IMG/VR virus record: IMGVR_UViG_3300025280_000023
Coordinates: 1 to 64,000 of that record
Reading direction: 5' to 3' (one strand)
Origin: a virus
DNA length: 64,000 nt
Position 1 is the stretch's first letter, and each line of letters begins with the position of its first letter. The notes beneath the pieces were generated by a model, which made no database searches, was not told the DNA's origin, and worked only from the letters and a program-made list of their open reading frames with translations. A program made the translations under genes and the position numbers. Positions 31,235 through 39,970 of the stretch are shown one piece after another.

Positions 31235-31822
31235 TTATTCAAATCCCAAAGTTAAATTAGATGGGTTATGAATAGATGTAGTCGGGTTAGAACCGGCCTT
31301 TTTTACCAAAGCCCCACCGCTCTTTTCGTCTATCTTCGGATATGGGTTTGCTCTTGCCAATAAACGATTATACCTCCCGCCATTAGGCAGGGCATTTATA
31401 TCATAAAAGCTTATTTCTATTAAACTACCTATGGGCGGAATTGGCAAATTGGCACTCTTCGAAGCAATGAACGTGGGAAGCTGGGCAATAGCTCGCTGAT
31501 CTTTCGGTCCCGTCGGCATGGGGCTGGGCCAAACACTAATGCCATCCCCTTCCGGATACGCCGCAATCTCTATAAATTGATCATCGGTCTGGCCAGTCTG
31601 GGTAAGCGCCTCGATATGAACAGCGTGCTTGCCTGTTCTTGCCGTTAACTTCGACACAGTATTAACATCGAAAACACGGGCCATGAACACACTTCTTCCC
31701 TCAAGCGTATCATGTTGGTGCGTGAACTTCATCACCTTTCCAAGGTTACGAAGCGCCTTGTCCATACTTGGAAAGCCGCCAGGATCTAGATATAGTGGTT
31801 TATTGTGATTTCCTATCCCCAT
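31235..31822 (-). CDS. Hypothetical protein, possibly a spike-associated OB-fold
   Basis: 195 aa. PIPPIGSLIEISF resembles the 'P..G..V.V.F' strand of gp5/gpV N-terminal OB-folds. Immediately upstream of the spike-like gene. Confidence 0.45.
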   Translation of the reverse strand: MGIGNHNKPLYLDPGGFPSMDKALRNLGKVMKFTHQHDTLEGRSVFMARVFDVNTVSKLTARTGKHAVHIEALTQTGQTDDQFIEIAAYPEGDGISVWPSPMPTGPKDQRAIAQLPTFIASKSANLPIPPIGSLIEISFYDINALPNGGRYNRLLARANPYPKIDEKSGGALVKKAGSNPTTSIHNPSNLTLGFE

Positions 31823-32113
31823 CTAATCTTGTCCCTCCAGATCCTCATATAGGGCCTCTTTTTCTTCTTTTGATAATGTTCTTGATTCTTTTGTCGTATT
31901 TTTATTTAATATGCCTACAATTTTAACTAGTTGTTCATTGGATCTTTGCAGTGTTTCAACAAACTTTGCAGCCGTCGTACCCAGCGCGCCATAGTCATGC
32001 GGTTGCCCCTGGAGGACTTCCTCCAGGCCAGTCAAGAGCTTCGACGTCCTCTGACGGTCGTTCTCAATATTTTTTAGCGCTTTTTCAAGCAGTTCTTCTG
32101 TGTTTTCACTCAT
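31823..32113 (-). CDS. Small helical hypothetical protein
   Basis: 96 aa with RBS AGGAG. Motif KFVETLQRSNEQLVKI. Confidence 0.75.
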   Translation of the reverse strand: MSENTEELLEKALKNIENDRQRTSKLLTGLEEVLQGQPHDYGALGTTAAKFVETLQRSNEQLVKIVGILNKNTTKESRTLSKEEKEALYEDLEGQD

Positions 32114-32126
32114 ATACGTATTCTCC

Positions 32127-32136
32127 TAATAATTAG
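32127..32136 (-). promoter_or_regulatory. Candidate late-promoter motif (CTAATTATTA) heading the structural block
   Basis: Sits in the 29-nt gap between the sigma-like gene and the first downstream gene, abutting RBS GGAG. Confidence 0.45.
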
Positions 32137-32142
32137 AAAACA

Positions 32143-32835
32143 CTATACTTTTCCCTCGTTCCAGCCTCTTTTAAATTCATAATATCGCTGCTTTATTTTT
32201 TTTAAGCTATTTGTTATTTGTTTAGTGTTAAGGCCAGTTATTTCTCTTATGTAGAGATAAATGGCTTTTTTATTGAAGATTTCTATATTTTCAATATTGC
32301 CAAAAAGGGTTTCTATAGCATATAAAACCTTTAAATCATTTCCCTTGTAGTGCCTCTTCCAGGCCCCTATATTTTCTAATAAATTAGACCACAACTCAAA
32401 CTGTTCCCTGTCCCGTATATAGCCATTGTATATTATAGTTTTTTCAGTATGACGGGCTTGGCTTTTTGTAATGTCGTCCAGATCCTCTACTCGCACCTCC
32501 GTGAACCTTTTCTTGTTTTGCTTCTTGCACTTGTAAGAAAACCAATTTTTGGTCACAATTGTAAAGTAGGAAAAGGCTTTTGAACCTTTTTCGGGATCAA
32601 AATTACTTAAAATAGAAACCAGATATAGTTTGCATTCATGCTTCAAAGAATCTAGATCGGCTAAATAACCAAAATTATATGTAAAAACAATTCTCTCTAT
32701 TAATTCATCAAAAGCAGGATTAATAGATTCTATATATAATTCTTCTTTTTCTTTTCTACAGTCAGTCTCACAATACGAAACAATTGATTCTTGTGTTTGC
32801 TTCGTAAAATATTTTTTGTCATCGGCTTTTTTCAT
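32143..32835 (-). CDS. Phage late-transcription sigma factor (T4 gp55-like)
   Basis: Likely start MKKADDKKYFT at 32835 (track start 32943 overlaps the upstream gene). NFDPEKGSKAFSYFTIVTKNWF matches the sigma region-2 motif of gp55-like proteins (FDPEKS..FAYFT). Confidence 0.7.
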   Translation of the reverse strand: MKKADDKKYFTKQTQESIVSYCETDCRKEKEELYIESINPAFDELIERIVFTYNFGYLADLDSLKHECKLYLVSILSNFDPEKGSKAFSYFTIVTKNWFSYKCKKQNKKRFTEVRVEDLDDITKSQARHTEKTIIYNGYIRDREQFELWSNLLENIGAWKRHYKGNDLKVLYAIETLFGNIENIEIFNKKAIYLYIREITGLNTKQITNSLKKIKQRYYEFKRGWNEGKV

Positions 32836-33151
32836 ATGAGTATAGTTCTTCTTCATCGTCGATAGTGTCGTATTCATATTCGTCATCCAGCATATCGTAT
32901 ATCTCTCCATAAGTTTTAAGGTATTCCGTGAGCTTGTTCCCATGCTTCATTAATTTTATGAACAAAGGATCGCCATAAAACAACCTATTATTATGCAAAA
33001 CCCTAATATGACTACAAAAATCGTCTATAGCCTCTATCAGGTCCTTCTTGTTCTCTACTAGAAAGCTTAATTGAAATAACAAAAACCTAACATAAAAACA
33101 CATTACTATTAGTGCCAGAGCCAAGACGCATGTTAAAATAATCCAAATCAT
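32819..33151 (-). CDS. Small membrane-anchored hypothetical protein
   Basis: 110 aa. N-terminal hydrophobic helix IWIILTCVLALALIVMCFYV, acidic tail, ATGA overlap with the upstream gene. Confidence 0.7.
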   Translation of the reverse strand: MIWIILTCVLALALIVMCFYVRFLLFQLSFLVENKKDLIEAIDDFCSHIRVLHNNRLFYGDPLFIKLMKHGNKLTEYLKTYGEIYDMLDDEYEYDTIDDEEELYSYEKSR

Positions 33152-33399
33152 GTTTCGTAGTTAATCCTTGACTTTTTTGTCGATTCTATATCATGTCTTG
33201 TTTCTTCTATTACTTTCTTTATTTCATCTCCAGTACCGGAGCTTAAAGGATTCCTATCATTAATCGTAATAATCGTTGGTAGCCTTTCTAGCTCACAACC
33301 TTCATCACAATCAGGTTTTTTGTAGATCTCATCCTTATAAGAATGCCTTAGTTCAAAAACACTTTCACACTTATTGCACTTATACGAATACGCCGGCAC
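33148..33399 (-). CDS. FmdB-like zinc-ribbon protein
   Basis: 83 aa with a GTG start. MPAYSYKCNKCESVFE...CDEGC.LER matches the FmdB-type zinc ribbon. Confidence 0.75.
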   Translation of the reverse strand: MPAYSYKCNKCESVFELRHSYKDEIYKKPDCDEGCELERLPTIITINDRNPLSSGTGDEIKKVIEETRHDIESTKKSRINYET

Positions 33400-33576
33400 T
33401 TATTCTTTTCCCGGATCTTCATCCAGGTGGACTACCGGTGGGTTTTTTACAACAAGTCCATCATTAGTGGGCTCCAAGCTGAACTCTTTAAGGATCCCCG
33501 TAACATCTACTTTGTGTAAAATTCCCCTCTGCAAGGCCATCATTATAGCTCCTACCGCTTGATTCGATAAATTCAT
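33400..33576 (-). CDS. Small hypothetical protein (58 aa; absent from the ORF track)
   Basis: MNLSNQAVGAIMMALQRGILHKVDVTGILKEFSLEPTNDGLVVKNPPVVHLDEDPGKE. Strong RBS AGGAGG, ATGA overlap with the upstream gene, and it fills the gap exactly. Confidence 0.8.
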   Translation of the reverse strand: MNLSNQAVGAIMMALQRGILHKVDVTGILKEFSLEPTNDGLVVKNPPVVHLDEDPGKE

Positions 33577-34454
33577 TTTAGTACCTCCTTAAAACAATTT
33601 CGAATTCCTTCTTCAATTGATACCTTAGTAAACCACCCCAATCTGGCCAACTTTGATTTATTTGCCAGAGTGACCATGACGTCACCTTTTCTTGGTGGTG
33701 CATAATCAAAATTAACGTCCGGATTGAACGCCATAACTATTTCTTTCATTTCATTCAATGAAATGTTGGCACCAGTCCCAACGTCAAAAACCTTTCCATT
33801 AAACTTATCACTATATAGCATAGAGAATATATTTGCGGACACAGCATCAGAAACATGAAGCATGTCCCGTCTCTGCCCGCCGGTTCCCGTTATAAACGGA
33901 TTCTTGCCTTCTCGAATATATTTGATCCAATTTGCTACCGCAGTAGCATACGGTCCATCCGCAGGCTGATCTTTTGAGTACACGTTAAAATACCTAAGGG
34001 CAACCGTATCTAGGCCATATAGTTTCGAATACAGTCCGCATTCCAGTTCAGAGACCAGCTTTTGCAGCGCGTATGGGCTTTCAGGTCCGTAGCCATTGCC
34101 GACGATAGAAGAGGAGCTTGAATAAATAACTCTCTTTGCTCCAACTTTTCTTGCAAAATTTAATACAACACTCGTAGACAAGACATTGTTTTCCATAGTC
34201 TGCACAGGCTGCTCAATACTAAGCGGCACCCTAGGAAAGCAGGCTAAGTGAAAAATATGTTCTGGTTTAAAATTAAAGTAATGTGGATGAAAATTTCCAT
34301 CGCTATCTTCTTTTAGGCCATTTAACTTGGTAATATCTTTTGGAACTTCTTCTTTCAAGTCTATTCCCATAACTTCATGACCCTGATTCTTCAGGGCTTC
34401 AAAAAGCCTAGAGCCAATATAGCCCTTATGTCCTGTCACAAGGCACCTACTCAT
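33573..34454 (-). CDS. NAD-dependent nucleotide-sugar epimerase/dehydratase (extended SDR)
   Basis: LVTGHKGYIG Rossmann motif, YSSSSS, catalytic YALQK (YxxxK), LRYFNVY, GGQRRDMLHVSD. Confidence 0.9.
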   Translation of the reverse strand: MSRCLVTGHKGYIGSRLFEALKNQGHEVMGIDLKEEVPKDITKLNGLKEDSDGNFHPHYFNFKPEHIFHLACFPRVPLSIEQPVQTMENNVLSTSVVLNFARKVGAKRVIYSSSSSIVGNGYGPESPYALQKLVSELECGLYSKLYGLDTVALRYFNVYSKDQPADGPYATAVANWIKYIREGKNPFITGTGGQRRDMLHVSDAVSANIFSMLYSDKFNGKVFDVGTGANISLNEMKEIVMAFNPDVNFDYAPPRKGDVMVTLANKSKLARLGWFTKVSIEEGIRNCFKEVLK

Positions 34455-35250
34455 TTTTCATACCTCTCATTTCCCCAATTCTAAGATTGGATTTCCAGAC
34501 CTCTTTTAGGAGTTCCGCAGAATATCCCTCTTTTTCAGCAGCGCAAGTCAACGCATTGATATCCTTTGGAAGACATTTCCCAGAAAACGGTAGTTTATTC
34601 TGGTGAAAAACAGCAGTGTGCATCGGATTGACTCTTGGGTCTAAAAGAAACAACTCTCTTGCTTCATTATAATCCATGCCAATGGCGTCACAAATATTTT
34701 TCATTTCGTAGCAAAACGTTATTTTAGTTGCATAGAAGGAGTTCTCCATATACTTAGCGAACTCCGCAGAAGTCGCATTTGTCTTTACATACTTCTTTGT
34801 GGGGCCAACAACAGGCATAAAATAATCAACCATTTTTGATGTATCCACGGGGTCTCCTCCGAAGATAAAAAATGGGGTCTCCTTTACATCCGTATCAAAA
34901 GCATACGGAGACCAATATGTAGACTCGCCACAATATTCAGGAGAAAATACAATACTTTTGCCTGTTTTCGCTTTGAGTCTTTGAGTTGTTCCCACCTCAA
35001 CAGTTGACTTCAAAAGAATAAGGGGAGTGTCAAGCCAATTAATAGTATCTTCAACAATAGATAAATCGCAGCTACCATCGCCTGCCATGGGGGTTGGAAC
35101 ACAGACGACCCCCAAGTTGCATGTATTTATATATTCTTTACTACAACTCCCTTTTTTTCCAGGATCGTAAAAAACTACATCATAATGATCTTTAAAAAAA
35201 TCATACATTGCGGTCCCAACATAACCAAGTCCGATTATTCCTATTTTCAT
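34447..35250 (-). CDS. UDP-glucose/GDP-mannose dehydrogenase family protein (short, lacking the C-terminal domain)
   Basis: IIGLGYVG, CVPTP, KSTV, SPEY, AKYMEN and catalytic FSGKCLPKD; only 267 aa. Confidence 0.85.
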   Translation of the reverse strand: MKIGIIGLGYVGTAMYDFFKDHYDVVFYDPGKKGSCSKEYINTCNLGVVCVPTPMAGDGSCDLSIVEDTINWLDTPLILLKSTVEVGTTQRLKAKTGKSIVFSPEYCGESTYWSPYAFDTDVKETPFFIFGGDPVDTSKMVDYFMPVVGPTKKYVKTNATSAEFAKYMENSFYATKITFCYEMKNICDAIGMDYNEARELFLLDPRVNPMHTAVFHQNKLPFSGKCLPKDINALTCAAEKEGYSAELLKEVWKSNLRIGEMRGMKNE

Positions 35251-35257
35251 ATGTTCC

Positions 35258-35899
35258 TCATTTATTCAAAATCTTATCGTACTGGCCAATTTCATCCACG
35301 TTTTTTGTCCTGTTGCTGGCGTGTTGTCTATACCTATAGAGCGGCATCTCTAAATGAAAATAACTATACTTTTTTGAAAATCGCTTTAACAAGTCATGCC
35401 CCTCTCTCATTTTAAACTTTTCATCATAGAAATTAATGCCGCATAGGGACTCGTAAGTAAACATTATACCACATGCGACTGGTTCGTCGCTAAAATTATA
35501 TGCCCCCAAGGTATTGCCAACCTCATCAACTTTTTTATAGTCACATGCAACTGCTTGGTATTTTCTATTCATATCTAAAAATAATGACAGCGACTGTAGG
35601 AAGTGTTTCGACACATAATCATCCGCGTCTATTCGAACAAAGTACCTTCCCAGGGACTGGTTCAGGGTCTTATTTAACGACGCAGGCAACCCTATGTTCT
35701 CTTTATTATTTATAAGTCTAATATTCAAATGTGGCTCAACTATACTACAAATGTCATCTAGGCTTTCATCCGGATTATCATTGACGATTATAACTTCAAA
35801 TTCGTCAGTGGGTAAGGTTTGCCCAATAAGGCTTCTAAGGCACCTGTGTAGCCAGTCTCTCTGTTTATAGCAGCACACAGCTACCGTTACCTTGTACAT
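35258..35899 (-). CDS. Glycosyltransferase family 2
   Basis: VTVAVCCY, EVIIVND, NIGLPASLN, YFVRIDADD (DXD) and LYRYRQH. Confidence 0.9.
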   Translation of the reverse strand: MYKVTVAVCCYKQRDWLHRCLRSLIGQTLPTDEFEVIIVNDNPDESLDDICSIVEPHLNIRLINNKENIGLPASLNKTLNQSLGRYFVRIDADDYVSKHFLQSLSLFLDMNRKYQAVACDYKKVDEVGNTLGAYNFSDEPVACGIMFTYESLCGINFYDEKFKMREGHDLLKRFSKKYSYFHLEMPLYRYRQHASNRTKNVDEIGQYDKILNK

Positions 35900-36783
35900 G
35901 CTTCTAAAATCCCTTCCAGGGCCTTTCTCTGGCTCTCTACAGTCGCACCAGCAACATGGGGGGTTATTACAAGATTATCATGTCGCAAATTGAATAACTT
36001 TGATTCTTTCATGTTATAGACATCTTGTTCATTGCATAAAACATCGCAAGAGTAAAAAATCTTATCATCAGTTATAAGGCCATGAATATAGTCTTCGTCG
36101 ACCACCTCGCCCCTTGAAGTATTCACGACAATTAAGCCATCTCTAAAGTCATCAAAAACACCCTCTCTTATCATCTTCTTTGTTTCTTTTGTCAAATAGC
36201 AATTAATCGAAATTATATCACGATCTTTCAAATCATCAATATTTTTAACTTTTTTGTATTTTTCGTTGTCTACATACGGATCAAAATATGAAATATCCAT
36301 TTCAAATGCAGTTGCATATTTCGCTATTTTCCTACCTATTCTTCCAAGGCCCACAATTCCAATCTTTTTGCCAGCCAACTCATTGGATCTCAGTAGCTCT
36401 TCGTTTGCCTCTGTTCTCCAGGGCCTGTGTTTTTTAACAGCCTTGGTAAATTTTCTAAAGGAGTTCATTATATGGATCCACGTAAATTCCGCCGACGCAT
36501 GAATATTTTCAAGCGCATCCCTATTATCAAGAAGGCATTTTAGTTCAATGCCTTTTTCTTCTAGGTATTTAGAGTCAATATGTCCAACGCCCGTAGACGG
36601 GGTTCCGACGATTTTTAAACCTCTGAACTTAGAAAAATATCTCTCCCCAAGATAGGAATCTGTTCCGGGGTTTACGATTAAACAAGACGGTTCTCCGCTC
36701 GCGCTATAACCATACTTAAATAAAATTTCTCCAAGCTCTTTTTTGCTTAGAAAACCCACAGGACAATCAATTTTAACTCTCAT
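35887..36783 (-). CDS. D-isomer-specific 2-hydroxyacid dehydrogenase (SerA-like)
   Basis: STGVGHID, ELAGKKIGIVGLGRIG, VNTSRGEVVDE, DV...E and ITPHVAGAT. Confidence 0.9.
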   Translation of the reverse strand: MRVKIDCPVGFLSKKELGEILFKYGYSASGEPSCLIVNPGTDSYLGERYFSKFRGLKIVGTPSTGVGHIDSKYLEEKGIELKCLLDNRDALENIHASAEFTWIHIMNSFRKFTKAVKKHRPWRTEANEELLRSNELAGKKIGIVGLGRIGRKIAKYATAFEMDISYFDPYVDNEKYKKVKNIDDLKDRDIISINCYLTKETKKMIREGVFDDFRDGLIVVNTSRGEVVDEDYIHGLITDDKIFYSCDVLCNEQDVYNMKESKLFNLRHDNLVITPHVAGATVESQRKALEGILEACTR

Positions 36784-37534
36784 CTTTTTCTCTCAATAAA
36801 AGCTCTGCCCTTCTATCTTTTAGGAGAATCTCTGCTAGTTTTAGATCATTCCACGAGTCTATGTTTACAGAGCTTCTTTCATCCATAATATAAGGGCGAC
36901 ATATTCTACCATGCCTAGAAAACTGTTTAACAATGCAGTCTCTAGTCATCGAATATATGGCCCCATTTCTAATATAGCATGGCTCAAGATCTTGTCTTCT
37001 ACTCCCCTCCCCCTCTGGATGCTCCTTGCAAAAGTCTTCGATCCTGTCGTCTACTATTCTTTTCATCCTAACCGGATGTTTATCCTGCATTTTAACAACA
37101 GACGTAACGCTGTGCGTTCCCGAGTTTACAAGCTTCGTGACCGCATCTTCTATGTGCTCTTCGGTCCTAAGGGGGGCTACACACGGCAATTCTACTACAT
37201 AATCATACTTGATATTGTAGATTTTTTCACATTCGATAACAGCATGTTTTAATGCGTCCCTTGACCACACTCCATCTCCAGATAGTCTTTGCGGCCGCAT
37301 AAACGGAACGAGAGCACCACGTGCTTCAGATATCTTGGCAATTTCTTTGGAATCCGTGCTTACCACATAATGACTAAATACTCCGCTCTTTAATGCCGCA
37401 TCAATCGTATAAGCGATTAAGGGCTTGCCATCTATGTTCCGGATATTCTTTTTAGGAACGCCCTTTGAGCCGCCACGAGCCAATGTTACACCTAGTATTT
37501 TTAAGGTGCCTCCAAATAATTTATTTCTTTTCAT
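36773..37534 (-). CDS. neuA: Acylneuraminate cytidylyltransferase (CMP-nonulosonate synthetase)
   Basis: ARGGSKGVPKKNI, GKPLIAYTI, VVSTD, RP..LSGD, NGAIY and SVNIDSWND. The exact start is uncertain. Confidence 0.9.
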   Translation of the reverse strand: MKRNKLFGGTLKILGVTLARGGSKGVPKKNIRNIDGKPLIAYTIDAALKSGVFSHYVVSTDSKEIAKISEARGALVPFMRPQRLSGDGVWSRDALKHAVIECEKIYNIKYDYVVELPCVAPLRTEEHIEDAVTKLVNSGTHSVTSVVKMQDKHPVRMKRIVDDRIEDFCKEHPEGEGSRRQDLEPCYIRNGAIYSMTRDCIVKQFSRHGRICRPYIMDERSSVNIDSWNDLKLAEILLKDRRAELLLREKDES

Positions 37535-38216
37535 ATATAGATTTCCTAACGCCCTCAACCTGAGAGCCCTGCTCTCTGAGCATTCTTAGCTCGTCTAGGT
37601 TCATAGAGCCGATATGATCGTTCCCTTTCATACCTTTATTTAGTGTAAAATGCTTTTCAATAATCGACGCACCATGCGCAATATTATAAAGAGCGTATGA
37701 TATACCATATGAATGGTCACTAAGTCCAATAATATTAGCATTATATACAAACATTTTAAAGTCTACACAACTTGTTGGATATTTTGAAATGCAATTGAAA
37801 TATTTAACATGGGGAGCCGAAAAAGGTACTCCAAGCCCCTGGTAAAGGCCAAGTGATATGTAAGTCGGCTTTCCAAGGTCAACGATCTTTTTACACAACT
37901 CTTGTTCTTTTACTATCGTTCGACTTGCAATCTTATATCTTTTGACCCCCAACTCTTCGCACCATTCAATTTTTTCCTCATCAAAAACAGAAGCGAAAAA
38001 TTCAATATTATAATGCTCACATATTTGTTTTATTGTTTTGACTTGCTCAAAATTGAATTCATTCTTTTTTCTAGACTCATCTCCAAATACCCGAACAGAA
38101 TCATATAATTGAAACTTAGCAAAATCAGCGCCGCCAATAGCGGATTGCCTTATTAACTCCTCAATTTTTCTAAAGTCTCCGTTGTGATTAATACCTATCT
38201 CAGAAATTATCTTCAC
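37521..38216 (-). CDS. neuB: N-acetylneuraminate/nonulosonate synthase (NeuB family, no C-terminal AFP-like domain)
   Basis: IISEIGINHNGD, AKFQ, KIAS, CISKYPT, GLSDHS, IEKHFTL and DH; 231 aa. Confidence 0.9.
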   Translation of the reverse strand: MKIISEIGINHNGDFRKIEELIRQSAIGGADFAKFQLYDSVRVFGDESRKKNEFNFEQVKTIKQICEHYNIEFFASVFDEEKIEWCEELGVKRYKIASRTIVKEQELCKKIVDLGKPTYISLGLYQGLGVPFSAPHVKYFNCISKYPTSCVDFKMFVYNANIIGLSDHSYGISYALYNIAHGASIIEKHFTLNKGMKGNDHIGSMNLDELRMLREQGSQVEGVRKSIYEKK

Positions 38217-39192
38217 TTTTTTTAACCTGTCCTTTGATCCAGTTGAATGTCGTTTCCATCCCCGTTTTTAACTCCTGGGAATGGCTCCACCCAAGCTTCT
38301 CTTGGATTAGAGTATTGTCAGAATTTCTGCCCCTTACTCCTAAAGGGCCATCAATATTTTCAATAGAAAGATCTTTACCAGAAATATCAATCGCCATTTT
38401 GGCAAGCTCCTGTATAGTCACCATTTCTTCGGAACCAATATTAACAGGGCCCGCAAAACTAGACTCCATTAGGCGCACTGACGCTTCGATACATTCGTCA
38501 ATATACAGAAAAGACCGTGTTTGCGATCCATCACCCCACACCTCAATAAACCCCCCGTCTTTTCCCTGCGCCGCTTTTCTACACATCGCGGCGGGGGCTT
38601 TTTCTCGCCCACCCGTCCACGCTCCTTCAGGACCAAAGATATTATGATATCTTGCTATGCATACGTCCAGTCCATAATTTTTTGCAAAAGCGGACCATAA
38701 TCTTTCACTAAATAACTTTTCCCATCCATACTCGCTATCGGGATCAGCAGGATATGCGCTGCCTTCCGCACACATAGGATTATTAGGATCCATTTGGTTT
38801 CTTTCCGGGTATATGCACGCAGATGAGGAATAAAACACCTTTTCAACCCCGCTTCTCGTGCATTGTTTCGCTATATTTAAATTAATCATTGCGGAATTAT
38901 GCATTATATCTGCATCATTGTCCCCAGTAAAAACAAACCCAGCGCCCCCCATGTCCGCCGCAAACTGAAACACCCAGTCAAACGTTTTATCAAGAACTAA
39001 ATTACAGACCTTTGGATCGCGCAAATCGCCAATTAGAAACTCGTCAGCCACGGCCGCAATATCAAAAAACTCATGATGCTTTAAGTCCACTCCTCGAACA
39101 TAGTGTCCCTCACTTTTGAGCCTCTTTACCATCGCCCCTCCTATAAACCCTCCAGCGCCACATACCAAAATTCGTTTCTTATTATTTTTCAT
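38200..39192 (-). CDS. GDP-mannose 3,5-epimerase-like SDR
   Basis: GAGGFIG, FAADMGGAGF, YSSSACIYP, YGWEKLFSE, HNIFGP and GGREKAPAAMCRK are characteristic of the GME family. Confidence 0.88.
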   Translation of the reverse strand: MKNNKKRILVCGAGGFIGGAMVKRLKSEGHYVRGVDLKHHEFFDIAAVADEFLIGDLRDPKVCNLVLDKTFDWVFQFAADMGGAGFVFTGDNDADIMHNSAMINLNIAKQCTRSGVEKVFYSSSACIYPERNQMDPNNPMCAEGSAYPADPDSEYGWEKLFSERLWSAFAKNYGLDVCIARYHNIFGPEGAWTGGREKAPAAMCRKAAQGKDGGFIEVWGDGSQTRSFLYIDECIEASVRLMESSFAGPVNIGSEEMVTIQELAKMAIDISGKDLSIENIDGPLGVRGRNSDNTLIQEKLGWSHSQELKTGMETTFNWIKGQVKKSEDNF

Positions 39193-39970
39193 TTCTAAAT
39201 TTTTCTCCTATAAGACATACAGGAGGAAGCTCTAACTTGTGCTTATTATTTATATGTCTCAAGGTATAAATACTCAGTGCTTCTTTCTGCTCTCGTGTCA
39301 AGAACCTACTTTCCTGCTGGTTTTTATCATAAAAGTCTAGCGCCCATTCCAAATTTTTATACGAAGCCCCAATTTGTTCTTCATCTGACCGATTATCACC
39401 CCACAGGCCGTCCGTAGGAATCGCTTCTTGAATTGACTTTGGGACGCCTATAGATTTTGCCATTTTATAAACCTCGGTCTTTAGTAGATCCGCGATCGGA
39501 CTAATATCAACACCACCATCACCGTATTTTGTAAAAAAGCCAATTCCGTAATCTTCAACCTTGTTCCCGGTCCCAACAACTAAATAATTTTTTGAATTCG
39601 CAAAAGCGTATAAAGTTATCATCCTTAAGCGGGAGGCTAAATTGGCATAGGCAAGCTCGCTAATCTCGAAAGGCAATACCGACTTAAAACTCTCATGCAT
39701 GCTTGTTAAATCAATAACATGCGACAAAACATTATCGTATCTACTTTTCAGCCAATCAATTTGTTCATTTGAACGACTAAATTGCCCCTCTTCTTGATTT
39801 ATCGGCATGTTAAGAGCCAGCGTTGGTTCTCCCGTTATTGCAGCAAGCGCAGAAGTTAAGGCAGAATCAATCCCCCCAGAGACTCCAATAACAAATCCTC
39901 GCGCCTTAGATTCAACAAGCTTTTGTGTCATCCATGACGAAATATGTTTTACTACTTCTTCATGCCGCAT
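39182..39970 (-). CDS. nadE: NH3-dependent NAD+ synthetase
   Basis: GVSGGIDSA P-loop, NLASRLRM, GTGNKVE, GFFTKYGDGG, PIADLLKTEV, PTDGLW and DEEQIG. Likely start MRHEEV at 39970. Confidence 0.92.
   Translation of the reverse strand: MRHEEVVKHISSWMTQKLVESKARGFVIGVSGGIDSALTSALAAITGEPTLALNMPINQEEGQFSRSNEQIDWLKSRYDNVLSHVIDLTSMHESFKSVLPFEISELAYANLASRLRMITLYAFANSKNYLVVGTGNKVEDYGIGFFTKYGDGGVDISPIADLLKTEVYKMAKSIGVPKSIQEAIPTDGLWGDNRSDEEQIGASYKNLEWALDFYDKNQQESRFLTREQKEALSIYTLRHINNKHKLELPPVCLIGEKFRNEK

Noticed and set aside
34447-35250. Pseudogene call for the short nucleotide-sugar dehydrogenase
   Set aside because: The NAD-binding and catalytic motifs are intact, the gene is coupled to the next one, and no remnant of the missing domain follows; a naturally short form is more likely.
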